From Lingula anatina (Eukaryota; Animalia; Brachiopoda): 64,000 bases of DNA. The stretch lies in NCBI GenBank assembly GCA_051362555.1, contig CM120648.1:10970587-11034586 (forward strand), written 5' to 3'. Both the position numbers and the translations under genes were made by a program. Below the pieces are notes generated by a model. That model was not told where the DNA came from, searched no databases, and saw only the letters and a program-made list of their open reading frames with translations. How positions within the stretch are numbered: position 1 is the first letter of the stretch; each line of letters opens with the position of its first letter. Below, one piece after another: positions 13,401-28,900 of the stretch.

Positions 13401-16400
13401 GAAAGGTAGTTTTCTTTTTGATTATATCATTATCATTTTCTTTAACCTTTCAAGACATTGCATTGCACAATATTTCTACATGAACTTGTAAATTAAAACA
13501 ATCTGAAATTGGCATATTCACACTTATAACTTCAGCTTAGTTTAAAGTGTGTGCACCTGTAGGATTCTGTTACATGATGGCATGTCCCCAATAAAGTTAC
13601 ATGCAATTTTTATTTCCAATTTTCCAAATGTTGAAAAAAACTTTTCATCTTTTGCCTTAATGTGTACACCATACCCCAACTATATAACCTCATTACCAGA
13701 GCTTCTGGAAACTGCTGGTTGCCTTGAAGAACAAATTGCAAAATGCTCTGACCATGTGCCTACGATAAGGACCCTAGATACGGACCAAATAAACCTGATC
13801 TTGGCACAAAAAATCCCATTAAGATAAATAGACAAATTCTAAAAATACATATTATTTATTTACTTGAGTTTCAGACAAATACCTCCAGTCTATTTATTCT
13901 GATCTTAATGAAAGACAAATATGAAGGCCAGTTTCAACAAATAAATCTTGATATTTATCACCAAATTTATACACCAAAGCTGGAAAATGTGCAGACTAAT
14001 CAAGATGCATAGACTAAAATCTATTGGATTATTTTGTAAATAATAAGGCAGACAGATGTAGCTCTTCTGTCAACACCAATATAAACAACAGACCTGCTTG
14101 TTTTGGAAAACATTTTGTAGAACATGGTCTACGTTAGGTTTTAATTGCCGTTCATGGGTAATGGCCACAAAAACTCTCAGTTATAGCTTTCAGAATATTG
14201 TGTTGTGAGGATTAGTCCCCCACAGTAATTGTCCATTAAAGTCAAACAAAATTAATTAATTACTTTTTAGGCAACGGTGGATGAATGAGTGCTCAAGGAC
14301 GTGGGTCAGAGCAAAAACTCTCAGAGATAGCTTGAAAAATTTTGCTTTGTGAGAGGCAGTCCTCTAAAATTTATACTGGGGCTTGACCTGAACAGGTTAC
14401 AGCATCTTTGAATATGACAGCAAATACAGACCTAGTAGTAATCTTTATGACATCATAAATGCCAAACTTGTAATCAAGGGCAATTGAGAGCAAATATCAA
14501 ACTGGAAGCCAAGATTAACAGATAATAAATCAGTCAAACACAAACAAAGGTGACCAAATCTATATGCAAGTATTTAAATAGACACTTAAAAGTTTGCGTA
14601 ACATCTTAACTCAAATCCAGGCAACAAGGATGACTCTAAGCATTCTGAAGAGCAAGAAAACTAAAATCTATAATTTTGAGTAAGACACAAAAGAAATATG
14701 AGAGAGAGAGAGAGAGACTGCCTTTCAATTGGTAGACATTTTTTTCTCTGAGAACACATTAACATTCTTGAAGAGCTGATATTTACTCTATTCTCTAACA
14801 TATCTATACTCCATTTTAAATTCCTTGCCTTCCAAATGCCTTATACAAATTAATATAAATACATATTAGCAATCATGAGCTGTGGATCTGACAGTTCACA
14901 TCTTGTATATAATCACCAAAGAAAAGGTTATGCCAAAATAATGGCTCTGCAAATACTTGTGTTTTATGGTCCCAGAGTTCCACCATATGGAAGGTTGTCA
15001 TAAAGATTTCAGACAAACGAACGTTTTCTGCCTTGAAACAATAACCCTACAACATCCAGATATTGCACCCTGTGTTTCAGAGGTCAAAGGACTCAGGTTT
15101 CTATACCATCAGCCTGCCAATACCATTTCCATAAACCTCTCAAACACAGTGTGAGATGATATTTTTCTCCTGCCTAAAAACTACCAGAAATGAAAAGATA
15201 ATCTCTTCAATAATTGTAGTTAATCCATTGCTGTTGTGTCTCATAATTTCTCTTTTGAATGAAGCCTGTAGCATCCCACAGTATTATTATAATGGTATGT
15301 ATCAAAAGGAATTTTTGGAGAAAATAAGTTTTATGTCATAACACAATAGGAATGACAGTTGACCTTTTTATATCATCCAGATGTGACTATTGTCAGAGTT
15401 TACCCAACTGTTAAGTTACAAGTTTTGACATCACATACTGGTTTCTGTCTTTGACTACATTGTATTAGTTTCTATTGTTTATCCGGTTTTCACCTCTTGT
15501 TAATTGTTTTGATGAATGGTAAAGATCACATCACAATTTGTTTCTAAATTATGCTAATTTTTTTTTCAAAAGATGTATATAATGTGTTCAATTCAATTCC
15601 TTTGGTCTATTCTTTAAATCTGTATACATTTTCTGTACTTCTCAGATAAACACTTCTATCCAATCACCATAGCTTCTAAAAGCACCTGTTGCAGGCAAAA
15701 AAGGAGCCATAAAACGAAAAGTAAACCTTATTGCGTATAACCTCTGATATTCGCTAAAACCTCTGGAGGTTATAAACCTGTCAAAGATGGTTACAGAAAA
15801 CATCACTGCTGTTCTAAGCTACTGAAATGAGGCCAGAACCTGAGACTCAATCAGCAATCAACTTTTAAAGCACTATAATGACAAAGCAATTAGAAAAAAC
15901 AGCTATACATTTTCCAAAGAAGTTAACTTTTAACAAAGGCATGTATGAGCATAATACATTGAAATAGGGTTTTCATTCAACAGTCAGTTATATGATCAAG
16001 ATCTCTTGATGAAAGGTTGAAGCGCTATGCTTTATAAATTGAAAATAATGTTAAACAATTCTCATCAGAAACACTTCAATTTTTATCATTATGTACATAT
16101 TGCAGTCAATGGCCATGTGTTGTAGAATGTGTTTCATCTGGCAGCACCTTAAGGGACTGTTCAGGATGAGCCATGTTGACCTAGCTAGTGTCCACTTATA
16201 CCCCCTTTACACTGGACGGCGTCCTCTGCGTCCTTTCTGCGACCATGAAATTTGGCATCGCTGCGGTCTCAATAAGGAGACACGAGCATTGATTTTGTAT
16301 CAGAATGAATGCTCAATGATCGGCCAGTTGTCGGCACGTAAATTATTATTATTTTTTAACTCTCAAATGGGACCATACTGCTGGACGCAGAAAGGACGCC

Positions 16401-19400
16401 GTCCAGTGTAAAGGGGCCCTTACTCCTCGGGGACTCTCACTGAATGCAATGACAGACTAGTTAACACGCCTCATCGTCTTACCAGCATATTCGTACCGGG
16501 TATATTCTCCAGTTTTTCTGTATTCTAATCAACACAAGGAGGCATGTTAGTCTGTTAACCTGATTGCATTCAGTGAGAGTCCCCATGGAGTTAGAGTACA
16601 TTAGCTAGATTGACATAACTCATTCTGAACTGCCCCTTCAAGTCAGATATTACGTACAACCAACTCCACGTAACTTCTATCAATGGCTGATAATGGGGGG
16701 CGCAGTTTCAAATAATATCTGAAACTCATAGTGTCGACAATTCTGTAACTTGTTACTTGCTATATAATTTGAATAGTGATAAATATTGCTAAATTAGTAG
16801 CTACTCAACAAATTACACTTAAAAACTATCCTTTTTTGCTAAGATACATTCTTTTTGAGCTTTTGTTAAAAAAAAAACTAGATAAAGACAGTTGATACTA
16901 CAAGCAATTTTAAGAGCCACGATTCCCTTTTGCCCCAATGCTTTTCCCCAACATCATTGTCTTGAAAGAGTAAAATTTGCAACACCAGATGCCTATTGTG
17001 TGAGCCCACCAGTCATCCCATCCCAATGGTCAACTCGTAACTTAAGAAGTCGAGAAGAAAGGTCAGTTTTGTTGGGGACACCATCTTGATCAGAAATACT
17101 TATGCATAGACACGTTTGGCAGTCGACCAAATAGAGAGAAAAAATACCTTTTTTTCTTTGAAATAAATTGTGTGTATAATTGTGTTGTTCCATGTGAGTG
17201 TGTATGTGTGTGCATGGCCTAGAGGATATTCAAGTGCATGCAAATAAACATACTAACTTTTTTGCATGTGCATGCAAGTGCCAATGTGACCAAAAGCATG
17301 CAAACTTGCAATTTTAGCTTCCTGTGCATTCCCCACAAATATTTGCAAAAAAAGCATGACAATTATACTCTATTACTTGTACTAACTTTCAATTTCTCAA
17401 TCTTTATGACAATCTTCAACAAAAAACTTTTACATCATTCAGGACATTTTTTCCTCTGTTCTGTGTACATTTTTTTCAACTGAATCTATTACAGTCAGCC
17501 ATTTTCTCCAGTATTTTCTCCAGTTTTTTATTACTTTTAGAACTATCATTAAATACCCGTCAACAAGAAGTCTCTGGCATGACATTTGGATCGACCCTGA
17601 CGGTCATGTGTATCCTGCAATTTTACATAGACTGCTGTAACAAGTTGTAATGGTGTTAACAGGTGTTTTCTGCGGTTATCTCCACACCACCCCCTTCAAA
17701 AAACAATAAGTAGGGGGGAAATACCCTTCAAACTTGGCCCTGCACTGCACCCATGAACAATTTGAGCTACGTGAATGCTAATTTGTTACGACTAAGCAAT
17801 GTATTCTCTTTGTCCAAATTGCTAATATTATTGAGTTGAGTCTCTCATCCAGTATTATTTTATGTTTTCACCTTTGCATTTATCTATATACATTTATCTA
17901 TATAAAATCATTTATCAATTTTTTTTTCATTGGTGTTAACAACAGTTAAAACCATTTTCGGCCCAAGCATGTTGCATCTTGAACATGCCATAGAGGTGCA
18001 GCCATGATTCCTCAAGCTCCTTCCTGCAATGTTTTTATTATCATCAGGTCGATCTTTTTAAAGAGAAAAAATAAGTGTCAGTTCTTCAAATTTACACTTC
18101 TTCCGCTGTAATAGAGCACCAGACAATGATTACAGGAATACCATAGAGGGAACATGAACACTGAGGGATTTTTTTTTCTCATTTCTAACCAAAGAGAGAA
18201 ACTAGAAATGGCACTGAAAAGAAGGGAGAGATCTCAGTACATCAAACATATTCATTCATCTTAATTTTTTTTCTTTTTGAAGTGTACTATTCTCCATGCA
18301 AGGGCATACAGTTATGTAAGATTTCAGACTTCTTAGTTTACAGTACTCTAAAAAACTTTCATTCAAAAACAGATGCTGCTCATTATTGTCACAGCCATAA
18401 CATGAATTACATATCCCACATAAAAATGTTTCAAACATCACAAATTTCTATATGAATATTATCAATGAAATCAGCTCCTGTGGTTTTGTCGCAAGGTTAG
18501 GGTGGTACCTAACCAATCAAAAGGCAACCGGCTGCAGACTAAATGCTTTATCCCAAATGCCCATTAAAATGTTTCAAACATGTGCACATGTTGAATGCTG
18601 CTGGTTACCCTGTTATTAAGGTCAAACTGTGTCGATCTGCGGACTATTTTTTTGATGTATTACCCCTGTTAAATATCGCTTCACCCACATCCACCTCTGC
18701 ACTAAAACTTAATGAAAATGGATTGGAGAGGAAGTTATGCATTAGATTCGAGACACACTGCTTCTGACTTTGTTTTAACGTAAGCACAGTTGCATGATGT
18801 GCAAGAAGCAGTACGTATTTAGATTTTTCAATATTAGCCACAAATGCACAACATTTATCAAATAAAACATCACTCTGGTTTCAATAATTTTAAAAAAGCA
18901 TGAAGTTAAGTTGGAGTAGTTGTGTGCTAGACAGCAAACCTGTCAAATGTGCAACGTTAAAGAATACACTAATATGCAAGCCTTAGAAACCAATATAGAC
19001 AGTTTCAATACTTGCCTGTGTACCAGAAAATCTAAGAAGATTTCCTGACAGATATAAATATTAACCAATCTAATTGCATTACAGACAAAAGAAAATAAAA
19101 ATGTTCCCACAATACTCAAAACCAAGAGGTCATACATAAAGTATAAATTTCACATTTAAATATTCTACTGAATTATAATCTCAAAAACTTATCAAGTAAG
19201 CACTAGCCAGCCCAGATCATAGGCTAAAATTAATTTCTTTATGTTGCCACACTGGCCCGCAGAAGTTGAAAGTTATTACAACTAGTAACAGGTGTTTTCT
19301 CCAATACGCAGTGACCACATCTATAACCCAGTGTAAGGGATCCCGTAACAGCAGGTCCTAGAAGGGTCAACCATTCAGGGACATTGAAAGTGACCCCAAA

Positions 19401-22400
19401 ACCTTTGTCCCCATTGAATGGTCAAGACAGGTGTGAGAAATGGGCATTAAAATTACCAATCTCTCTCACGACTGCATATGGATGTAGGCATGGAAATTTT
19501 CACTAACCTTGGTTGTATTAGATCTTGATATAACCAAAAAATATTGATTTCACTAATATATTTATAAGTACCTGTTCCATTTGATGTTGGCTACTGTACA
19601 AACAAAGGTCATAGGCAAGAGCATTCAGGAGGATTAAAGAATCTTTTTTTTTTTTTTTTTGGCTGGTAAAAGTCCACTCTGTATCAAAACTTGATTAAGG
19701 GTCAATGCCATTTCTCAAATTAGGTGAACTAATGGGACACTAACCTAAGCATGGAAAAGTCCACTTTTTTCTGTAAAAGAACCCCCCCTTCTGAAATCTC
19801 TGGCAACAGGCTTTGAATCATTTCTTTCATTACATGAACAAAAAAAAACTTCAATTTGCCAGAGCCTTGAATTTATCCACCTTAATTCATTCAGAGAGTT
19901 TTATTACTAAAACAATACAAAGCACCGATGTTCACAAAGGGTATCTTTTTCCCCCTCAATTCTCTTGAAGACTATCCGGTTGTGGAGCCTGACACCCCAG
20001 AAAAGCCACTACAACAATTTCAACCACTTTGCTACTAACGCCACTTGAAGTCTAGACAAAGTTGTGTAGATCTGGTGTCGAGGAAGTCGGCACACATAAA
20101 CACTGTTCACAGGGTTAATTCAGGCTTCGTTCACATGAAAAATCTATTTTTTAAAAATCTATTTTCTATTCGCGGTATCTTGTGATCACTCCGAGCACAG
20201 CCGAGAATTAATTACAGCTTTGGAAGTAACTGCCAGTAATTACGCCGCGGGGTATTCAGGGCACAGACCATGATCACAAGATACTGCAAATAGAAGATAG
20301 ATTTTTAGAAAATATATTTTTCATGTGAACGGAGTCTCACTTAAACGTTGGGAAATGTTACAACTTACAAAACTGTAGAAAAATCACAAAAGCCAGGCTC
20401 AAATATAACTTTCCAGCTAACTTCTTTTACATCTTTTTTTTTTATTCCACTTGTCTCTTTTTCAATATCATGTCTTGTATATCAAATTCACTGTTTTCAA
20501 GAAACCTTTATAAGGACTAATCTACATTTTCCCTTTGAATGCTCCAAAGAATAAAATGTTCTTTAAAAATAAATTGCCTAATTCACTCAAGATAAATTGA
20601 GACCGAAAATTCACCAAAATGATCAGAAACTTACAGATGAGCATAATGATTGACATGGGTTTTTGCAAACCTCAAGCAAGTTCCCTGTACATATCATCAC
20701 AAAAAAAAAGCCAAATACATTATTTAATTCATATAACTTCATCAAATGATTTTTTGGCCTAAGTTGGTCCAGCGTGTGAATGCAACTTCATCTGGTCCAT
20801 GTGCTCTCCATCTGCAGTGTGTCAGACCCTGGGGTGTCTTGCCTTTCTAAACAATAACTTTCAAGTTCAGCCAAATGACTCAAACAAGGCCAATCTGTGT
20901 TTATGCAATGGTGTGCTTGCATTATGCATACTCTGTGGATTATGTGGGGGTTCGCCATATGTCCTACAAGAATTCAGTTTTATGGAGAATTTTTAAGTTC
21001 CGAGGTTGTTAGGTTGTCACAGATGGTTAATTTTGACTGGGAATTGTCCAAACTCTGACCCCTTACTCTCTGGCCAGATGACCAGGTCTACACAAAGGAT
21101 CCCAATCATTTATTTATTCAGCAAAGTGGAAAAGATGTGCACATTCTACAGCTGTGCACTGTTCTAATAAGGGGAAGTTGACTGCATTACCCCATACAGT
21201 TACAACTACATTGACTTTCTGACCATATCATAAAATTTTTGACTAATCAGGATAAATTAACCGCTCTTTAAAAATGCTGTGGTGATTGCAGTTCCAAGTG
21301 CGAAATCTTCACAAATTCGTAATGCAAGTGAAATTCAATATCTACTAGTAACTGAACATTGAGAAATTACTTAAATAAATATGAAACTGGTTTGCTAATG
21401 GCTTCCAATTATTTTGATACCATAGCATAATTCAATTATAAAATGGAATGTTTTCAAAGTGTGGTATTTCCTTTACTTCAACCCCCAAAAAAACTTACAT
21501 AAGAAAAACATTTAACTGGTAAAATTTATAAAAAGAGCTTCTCTCTACAAGATCAAGTTCAGTTATGGCTTAATTATATATTTTGTGTTTTTTATGATTT
21601 TAGTTTGAAGTAAAATCACCAGAGACGGCATCCCCTGAATATCCTGCGAAAAGGGGCTTTTTTCATTGACAAAATTACTAGAACATATATTTATCCCCCT
21701 TTTCTCTCTCTCTCTCTCTCTCTTACACTAGAGAGTAAACCACTTCCATTCTGAGTCTGATACTCTATAATGAAGTGTTCCTGTCTCAACCTTTCTATTA
21801 CACCTGACAGGTAAGACAGGCTCATTTGGCAGGTGAAAGAGGAAGGTTGTAAATGCTGCCCCTGATTTCATCTGATGTGTATTAACCTCTGCATACAATG
21901 TTTAATAAATAACTTCACCAAAATCAATATATCAAAGCGAAAGTTTTGATTTATCCAGTTATATTAATTTTACTAAGATAATGAAGAATAAATCTAATAC
22001 TGGATCTTACATTGAAACAGTGTGATTTCCTTTTCAATGTAAGATCCAGTAGAACTGATTTCTCCTTCATCTTCGTAAAAACCCATACAGTTTTACCAAT
22101 CCTCCTAGCATCTTCAATTCAAAATTCACAACCTCCATCTCAGAATCCTCAAGAATAAAACAACTGAGAGTAAAAATACCCAAATTTCTCATTTACTTCA
22201 TCCAGTTTCCTTTAAATCAACCAGGTGGCAAACATTTTATACACAAGCAGGAGCATGATGAGAGAGGTTGTGGTCCTCTTATGCAAAGATGTTTACCTAT
22301 AGGGAAGTAATGGTACTAATTAGGTTTACATAACAGTGAAGCATCAATCAGTGGCTTTACTATATACCAAAGTTGATAACTCGGCAGACTTTTTTATAAC

Positions 22401-22973
22401 TTTGAACAAGACAGGTGTTTCTAGCTAACAAGGTGTTGAATGACGTTCAGATGATGGCCTCTAAATCGGGTTTTCTAATGGGTTTGTAGTAAACGTTTGA
22501 AGCTTTACTGCAATGGATGTTAGTCAACAAACCCTCGCACTTTTTGAGTTAGACAGAAAAGTGGGCAAATGCACAGACAGGATGTAGTATAAATTCCAAC
22601 AAAAAATCTGGAATTTAAAAAATTTGCCTATTCTGCTAAAGAACTCAAATGACTTCAGTGGTTATTACAGCATTTTCCAAATTTTTTTCTAAATAAGACA
22701 TAGGCATTCTTTCTGTTGTCTAAAATTAAAAAAAAAAAAATTAAATGACTTACTATAGGCACATGTAAGGAGATAAGAGTTTATTTAAGTTCATATTTGT
22801 AACAGACCCACACACAGTAAATATACAATACACCCATGTGATAAAGATCTTTATAATGGTGTAACTTCAAGGACATCTGACACCCACACCAAAGCCAAAG
22901 TTACAGAATAATATTAGGGATGCAGAAAAGTCATCCATTAATTCAAGGTCTAACCTCCTCAACATGGGAGTGT

Positions 22974-23007
<34 letters not shown>

Positions 23008-23138
23008 AATTATCAACTTCAAATACTTATCTTGGTAGAAAGGATGCAGAAATGGCCTCCATTAATTTAAGTTCTTACCTCAATTATATATACAGGGAGT
23101 GTAAAAAGTTAAGTATGTATGTATGTATGTTTTTTTTT

Positions 23139-23186
<48 letters not shown>

Positions 23187-25927
23187 GTTTTGTAACTTGC
23201 TAAACTCATTGCTAAAATGATTCACTATGGCAAAAGGAACCTTACATAAATCTTCAAAACTGGTTCCTACATACCAAGATATATCTGAAACTAAAATTGA
23301 CAAATAAACACAAGTCTAAGTCTGTAAGCTTGTCATTTCTTGACAGAAATCCAGAGGGAATTGGGCAGTATCATTGCAAACGATACCAAGATGGTTCATT
23401 AACAGGGGTATCACTGACACGCTTCACCTTTAAGAAGGAGATGTATGCCATTCCATACCTGGCCTGTGAAATGAAGGCTGGGTGGTCACTTTGAACTGGT
23501 CTGATGTTACCTCCCAGGTATTTTGATTAAAGGGAGGGACTGAAACTTATCACCTTACAAGATTTCTATGAACTCATCTACATCAAATCTAACATCTGTG
23601 TACATTCTCAATAATATAAATATAACATAACGCTGGTGCTACATATATTCACCAATATAATATAATATAATATAATATAATATAATATAATATAACATCA
23701 CTAAACAAGAAAATATACATAAATAATATGTTATACATAAAACAGGGCAAAGATATTGCTTGCTTCAACTGCTCATAGCAGAAAATAAAAACCTGCGTAA
23801 GAACCAAATTAATTCCTTCAGATGTGTACGTGTACAATCAATTACCAGTACGAAAAGCAATGCCACAAACATCACAGAAAACCTATTAGAGATCTGGAGT
23901 GCGTAAAAATAAACCCCATCCACTGCTCTCACCTAACCCCAAAGCTCACTCAGGTAAATCTTCTCTTCAGCTCCCAGCCTGTAGTAATTGACATAGACAT
24001 AGGAAGGAGTACTTAAACACATCAATCAAAGAGAAGTTGTTTTTTGTTTGTTGTATTTTTTTCAAGGGCGGATGTTGTATTCTTGAGATATCATTACTTA
24101 TGGTCTACTCACCAACTTTGAGGTATATTCATTACTGTGTGTATTTTTTAATACTGTGTTTTTATTTATATATCAAAAACAGATCATTTGAAAATTCTGT
24201 GTAAAGTTACTAGTTATTCATGTCTCAAATAAAAATGTGTGTGTAGTGCATGCTAGTGTGTATGAAAAAATACATATGCATTTAAAAGCCCAAAAGATTA
24301 CTTTATATGTCTATTATCATTCTGATCATTTAGATAGGAAATCAAATTTTTAGCTGAAATAAGGGAAAAAAATATTAGTAATGGCATTGTTTACTGCTTT
24401 TTTTCTGGGAGGAGCTCTTTCCATAGATAACAAAATAACTCTTAAGGTGATTCAACGCTACCTCAGGATGTTCATTAAGATTTCTCATCTTCCTTCAGAT
24501 GAGCATTCAATTTATCAGCTATTCCAACCCAAATCAAAGGGCAATTACACAATAGACAAGTGTAATTGTCTTAATCCTGCGATAAAGTTACATCAAGATG
24601 CCCATCCAACATATCTGAACTAACTTGATCTGAGAATGAGGCCGCGCTAACTATGATCTAAGAAACCATTTCCAGACTCTATCATACTAACTGTGAATAG
24701 ACCTTTGAGGGGATTCTTGCTAAATTGCAATCAAATAAAACAACGATGTCTGTCACGCCTATTGAAGCTGGTAGAGGGTAATTAATTATCATTAAGCAGC
24801 TTCAGCTGCTTAAGCTGAAAGCAATTTAGCAAGAAACCTCTCACAGATGGATCGATCCTGTTAGATCGATCTAGGTATAGGAACCCATACCCAAGTGTAA
24901 ACGCTCCAGCAATCAAGGCAGTATATGTTGTGCAATATATCTAAGTGAAGATTTATGATCTACTCTAGATTTACCTGAGGCACTAAAAGATGTCACTCTT
25001 GGTATAAGCACTCTGTGGTTTTATGATAGATTCAATGATGTAAGTTATTTCGGTATAGAAGTATGGGCAGAGTGTACTAGTATGTTTTCTGTATGTGAGA
25101 AACAGGTATGGTGTGAGCGATGTGTGCATTTGCAAGTATGTTTACGTATATCATGTGCATGTGCTTGTTTCTTTTCTATGCATATGTGTGTATGTGTGTG
25201 TGTGTATCAAGAGAAAAAGAAGATATGATAAGAAGGAAGTGGTGAAAATAAAGGCAGATGTGAAAGAAAGAGAGATGGACAAACCATATTCCACTGGTCT
25301 TCAAAAGACATCAAATAGCATGCATTCCCACTCATTTCCATTCTGCCCTTATCACTGCACAGGCCATAGGAACACATTCACAACAGTAGATTAACAGACC
25401 TGTGGATCAAATATGGCAACCCACTAAAAAGCTTGCCGCTTGATTCTCCATTAGACCCTGAACAGATTCACTACAGGTATTACACAACAAGCATTTAAGA
25501 GAGTCAGCCATATTTGATCCGCAGGTTTGTTAGTCCGCTGTTCTGAATGCGCTCTAAGACTATCAAGACCCCTCCTACCCATAACCTTTAACTTCAGCCA
25601 TATCCCCGCTGATCTGGTCAGTTCTCTAATGATACCAGAGATGTTTTTGCTCACTTAGTCAAATTCTATCCTTAATCATCCACACTGACCATCCAAGATG
25701 TGTGACCTTTGGCTTCAGATGACCAGTGCCCACCCCTTAGTCCAGGAAGACATGCACATACACAAACATAAACAAGAGCTCCCAAAGGATGAACTGTCTA
25801 CTAGTACATACACCTGTCTTGTTTTTCTGTTTTACACTGTTGAACTATGCCATCTTCTCTTTGAAAAGCAGTGTCACACATCACCCTCATAAAAAAAACA
25901 CACATCCACATGTGTATATATATATGT

Positions 25928-25983
<56 letters not shown>

Positions 25984-28900
25984 CGCATTCGCTCTCACAT
26001 AAAATAATGCACTCTATAGCATGATTGCCATGTGATGTCATGTACTCATGTACACTGTACAATGTCATTCAGAACAGTGGACTTTTAGAACTGTGGATTA
26101 AATATGGCTACCCACCTAAAAGCTTGCTGCATAATCCCCTAATAGGCAACTAAAAGAATCCCCATGGGAATTATGGGATAAGCATTCTGGTGGGTCGACC
26201 ATATTTGATCCACATTCTATAAGTCCGCTGTTGTGAATGAAAAAGACCTGAGTGGGCATTTAGAACAAGTTGATCCATCTTAACATGCACCATGAAATGG
26301 ATTAAATCTCCCAGGTTTAAATACAAGGCCCCTACAGCGAAAGCTTGTGTGGAGGCAGGGAGCGGCAGCATTTGAAGCGAAGTGGCCATATTTAGTCCAT
26401 GGATCTGTTCGTCTGCATATCAACTAGTTCTGAATGCCCTCTTAGCTCGCATTCACAACAAGTTGAGCCAGGCTTTACAAATCCTGGGGACTAAATATGG
26501 CGGTCGTACATGAAAGAAAAAACGCCTAATCTTTAAATAGTCTCTCCGCCTCTTACACGCCTCCCCACACGTCGTCCCTGCGAGGTGACAGTCATTAAAT
26601 CTCGGCTCCATTGGGACGACACATGGGGAGGCGTGTGAGAGGCGGAGAGACTATTAAAAGATTAGGCAGTTTTTCTTTCATGTACGTCCGGCATATTTAG
26701 TCCCCAGGATTTGTAAAGCCCCGCTCAACTCACTGTGAATGCGATCTTAGGTCTTTTTCTGATCTAAGCTTTATGATGTCACTTGGTCTTTTTCTGATCC
26801 AACTTGGACTGCCAGTGAACAAGGCTTTCTGTTTGTGTAGAACACGACCAGATGAAGCGGAACCAGAACAGACTACACACACAGCCTGCTCTCACAGTAT
26901 GGGTTCTCTAGAACTGAAGACCCCATTGTTTGAGTAAGAGAGATCATGGGGATTAGGTTCTCTTTGCTTTAAAAGAAACTCTTAAACATCTCCTTTTTGG
27001 CTGTGGTTTCACATTTATAATTTAGGTATAATATTTATAGTGGCACCAGACAGTTTCTGAATTGTTTAGTAGTCTAGTTTGTATGCACTGGTGTTGCTTT
27101 CGTGATATTTCTCACATCATATTTTTATGCCAAAAGGACACAGATGGTTTTCAGTACCGTTCTGAACAAAGACAAAAACTTTAGCAGGAAAGATTATCTT
27201 TCTGCAAGTTTATTAGATACAACTCTACAAGTTATCACAAAAACTGGCTTGGTGATACTGGAGAACCTTTGTATAATCAAGAAGTTATAGCTTCTTGGTA
27301 TAATCATGCAATTAACCCACCCTCCCACTTACTGTGTACACTGCTGACCCTCTCCCCCCCCCTCCCCCCCCCCCGATTCCTGCACCCCCCCCCCCTTTTT
27401 CTATCTGTAACAAGTATGTGCAATTGAGTATCTCCTTCTTGATATCTTTATTATCACAACAGTTCAGAAAGCAACCACAATCTAACACTTATATTCCATC
27501 AATTATTTACAATTATTGGTGCAAGATAATCTATTATACATATTTAATAGCATTTTTCAGACTTTAGAATCATGTGATATGGATGCTGTGAGAAGAAAGA
27601 GAAATGTCAACCTATTTTTCTACAAACACTTCAAAGAGTTAAAGTATCGGCCACCTTTAGATCTGTTTTTAAATAACAAGAAAACATCTGCATCTGCTTC
27701 TCTTTTCTTCAAAAAGCTGATTTAAGGGCAGATATAAATCATCCAGACTCTTCCCCCCTCCCCCCCCCCCCCCCCCCCCACTCCACCCACAAACTGAAGG
27801 TTGGGGTTAAGGCTACATTCTAATCTATTATTAACAATGTTTTCAATCCTGTTGTAACATTTTCAGTCTTTATCTCCCTCCGACATCAGTTCATAAATGC
27901 TCAATTTGAAAGAGGCAAGGGACACCAGTAATTTTCTCCGCACACTGCTCTCAACTTTACCTAATCTCAACATCTCCAATCTTTTTTTAGATATTTAAAA
28001 TGATAAACATGTCTGAAAAAGTCTACTAGATCTGTTTGTGATTTTCAAGGACATAAATTAGACTCACGAGGTGATTAACACGGAGGGGAGGGGGAAGAAA
28101 AGATTTCATTCAAGATACAAGTTGTTTATGCACAATAGGTGAGGTAATACTTGGTTTAATTCACTATCTGAAAGACTGATTCACCTGATAGCTTTGAACT
28201 ACCAGTATTCATTAATAGAAAAAAGTTTTCAAGAGATTGTATTTGTATTTAAGGTAACATTGCATTTTGGCAGAAAACAATCTCCAATTTGAAACTGTAC
28301 CCAAACAAGTTCTATCTAAGATCAACTGCCACTTTTTTTTCAAAGATCTATTTCTTCCTTCCCTTTTTTCTCCAGTAAATAATTCCATTAACAGCAAATT
28401 AGTTTAAGCATGACACAAATGTTAAAAATCTGATACTCCTTTGACAAAAAAGGTGCCTTAATCTGTGATAATACACAAAGAAAGCCTCACACCATGTTTG
28501 ACAACCAAGTTACTCCATTCCCACATATTAAAGGGATAACAACTGTTCAATGTGGCCAAAAAATTGGATTTTCTGAGGGTAAAGGACAATTTTCCCATAT
28601 TAACCAATGGTTAATGAATCCATTCCCACATTCAAAGTAAGTCCCTTTTTTTTTTTTTTTTTTTTTTCAAAAAAGTTTGGTGGTCTGTAATAATCTCTTA
28701 AGCCATGGAGGTCATGTGATGTGATGGCAAGCACAAATTCCAGAATAATTGCATTAACCACTGTTTTTGGTGGTAAAATGGAATTAATTATATTTCTAAT
28801 TATATTTCTACAATGCACTTATTATTGTGAAATATGGATAACTTATGAACAGTTGTTATCCCTTTAAGTATAGAGCATGTACCTAGAATAAAGGCAATAC

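Noticed and set aside
22975-23183. Facing poly-A and poly-T tracts that could fold back
   Set aside because: Homopolymer runs are common throughout the window; no TSD or retrocopy body.
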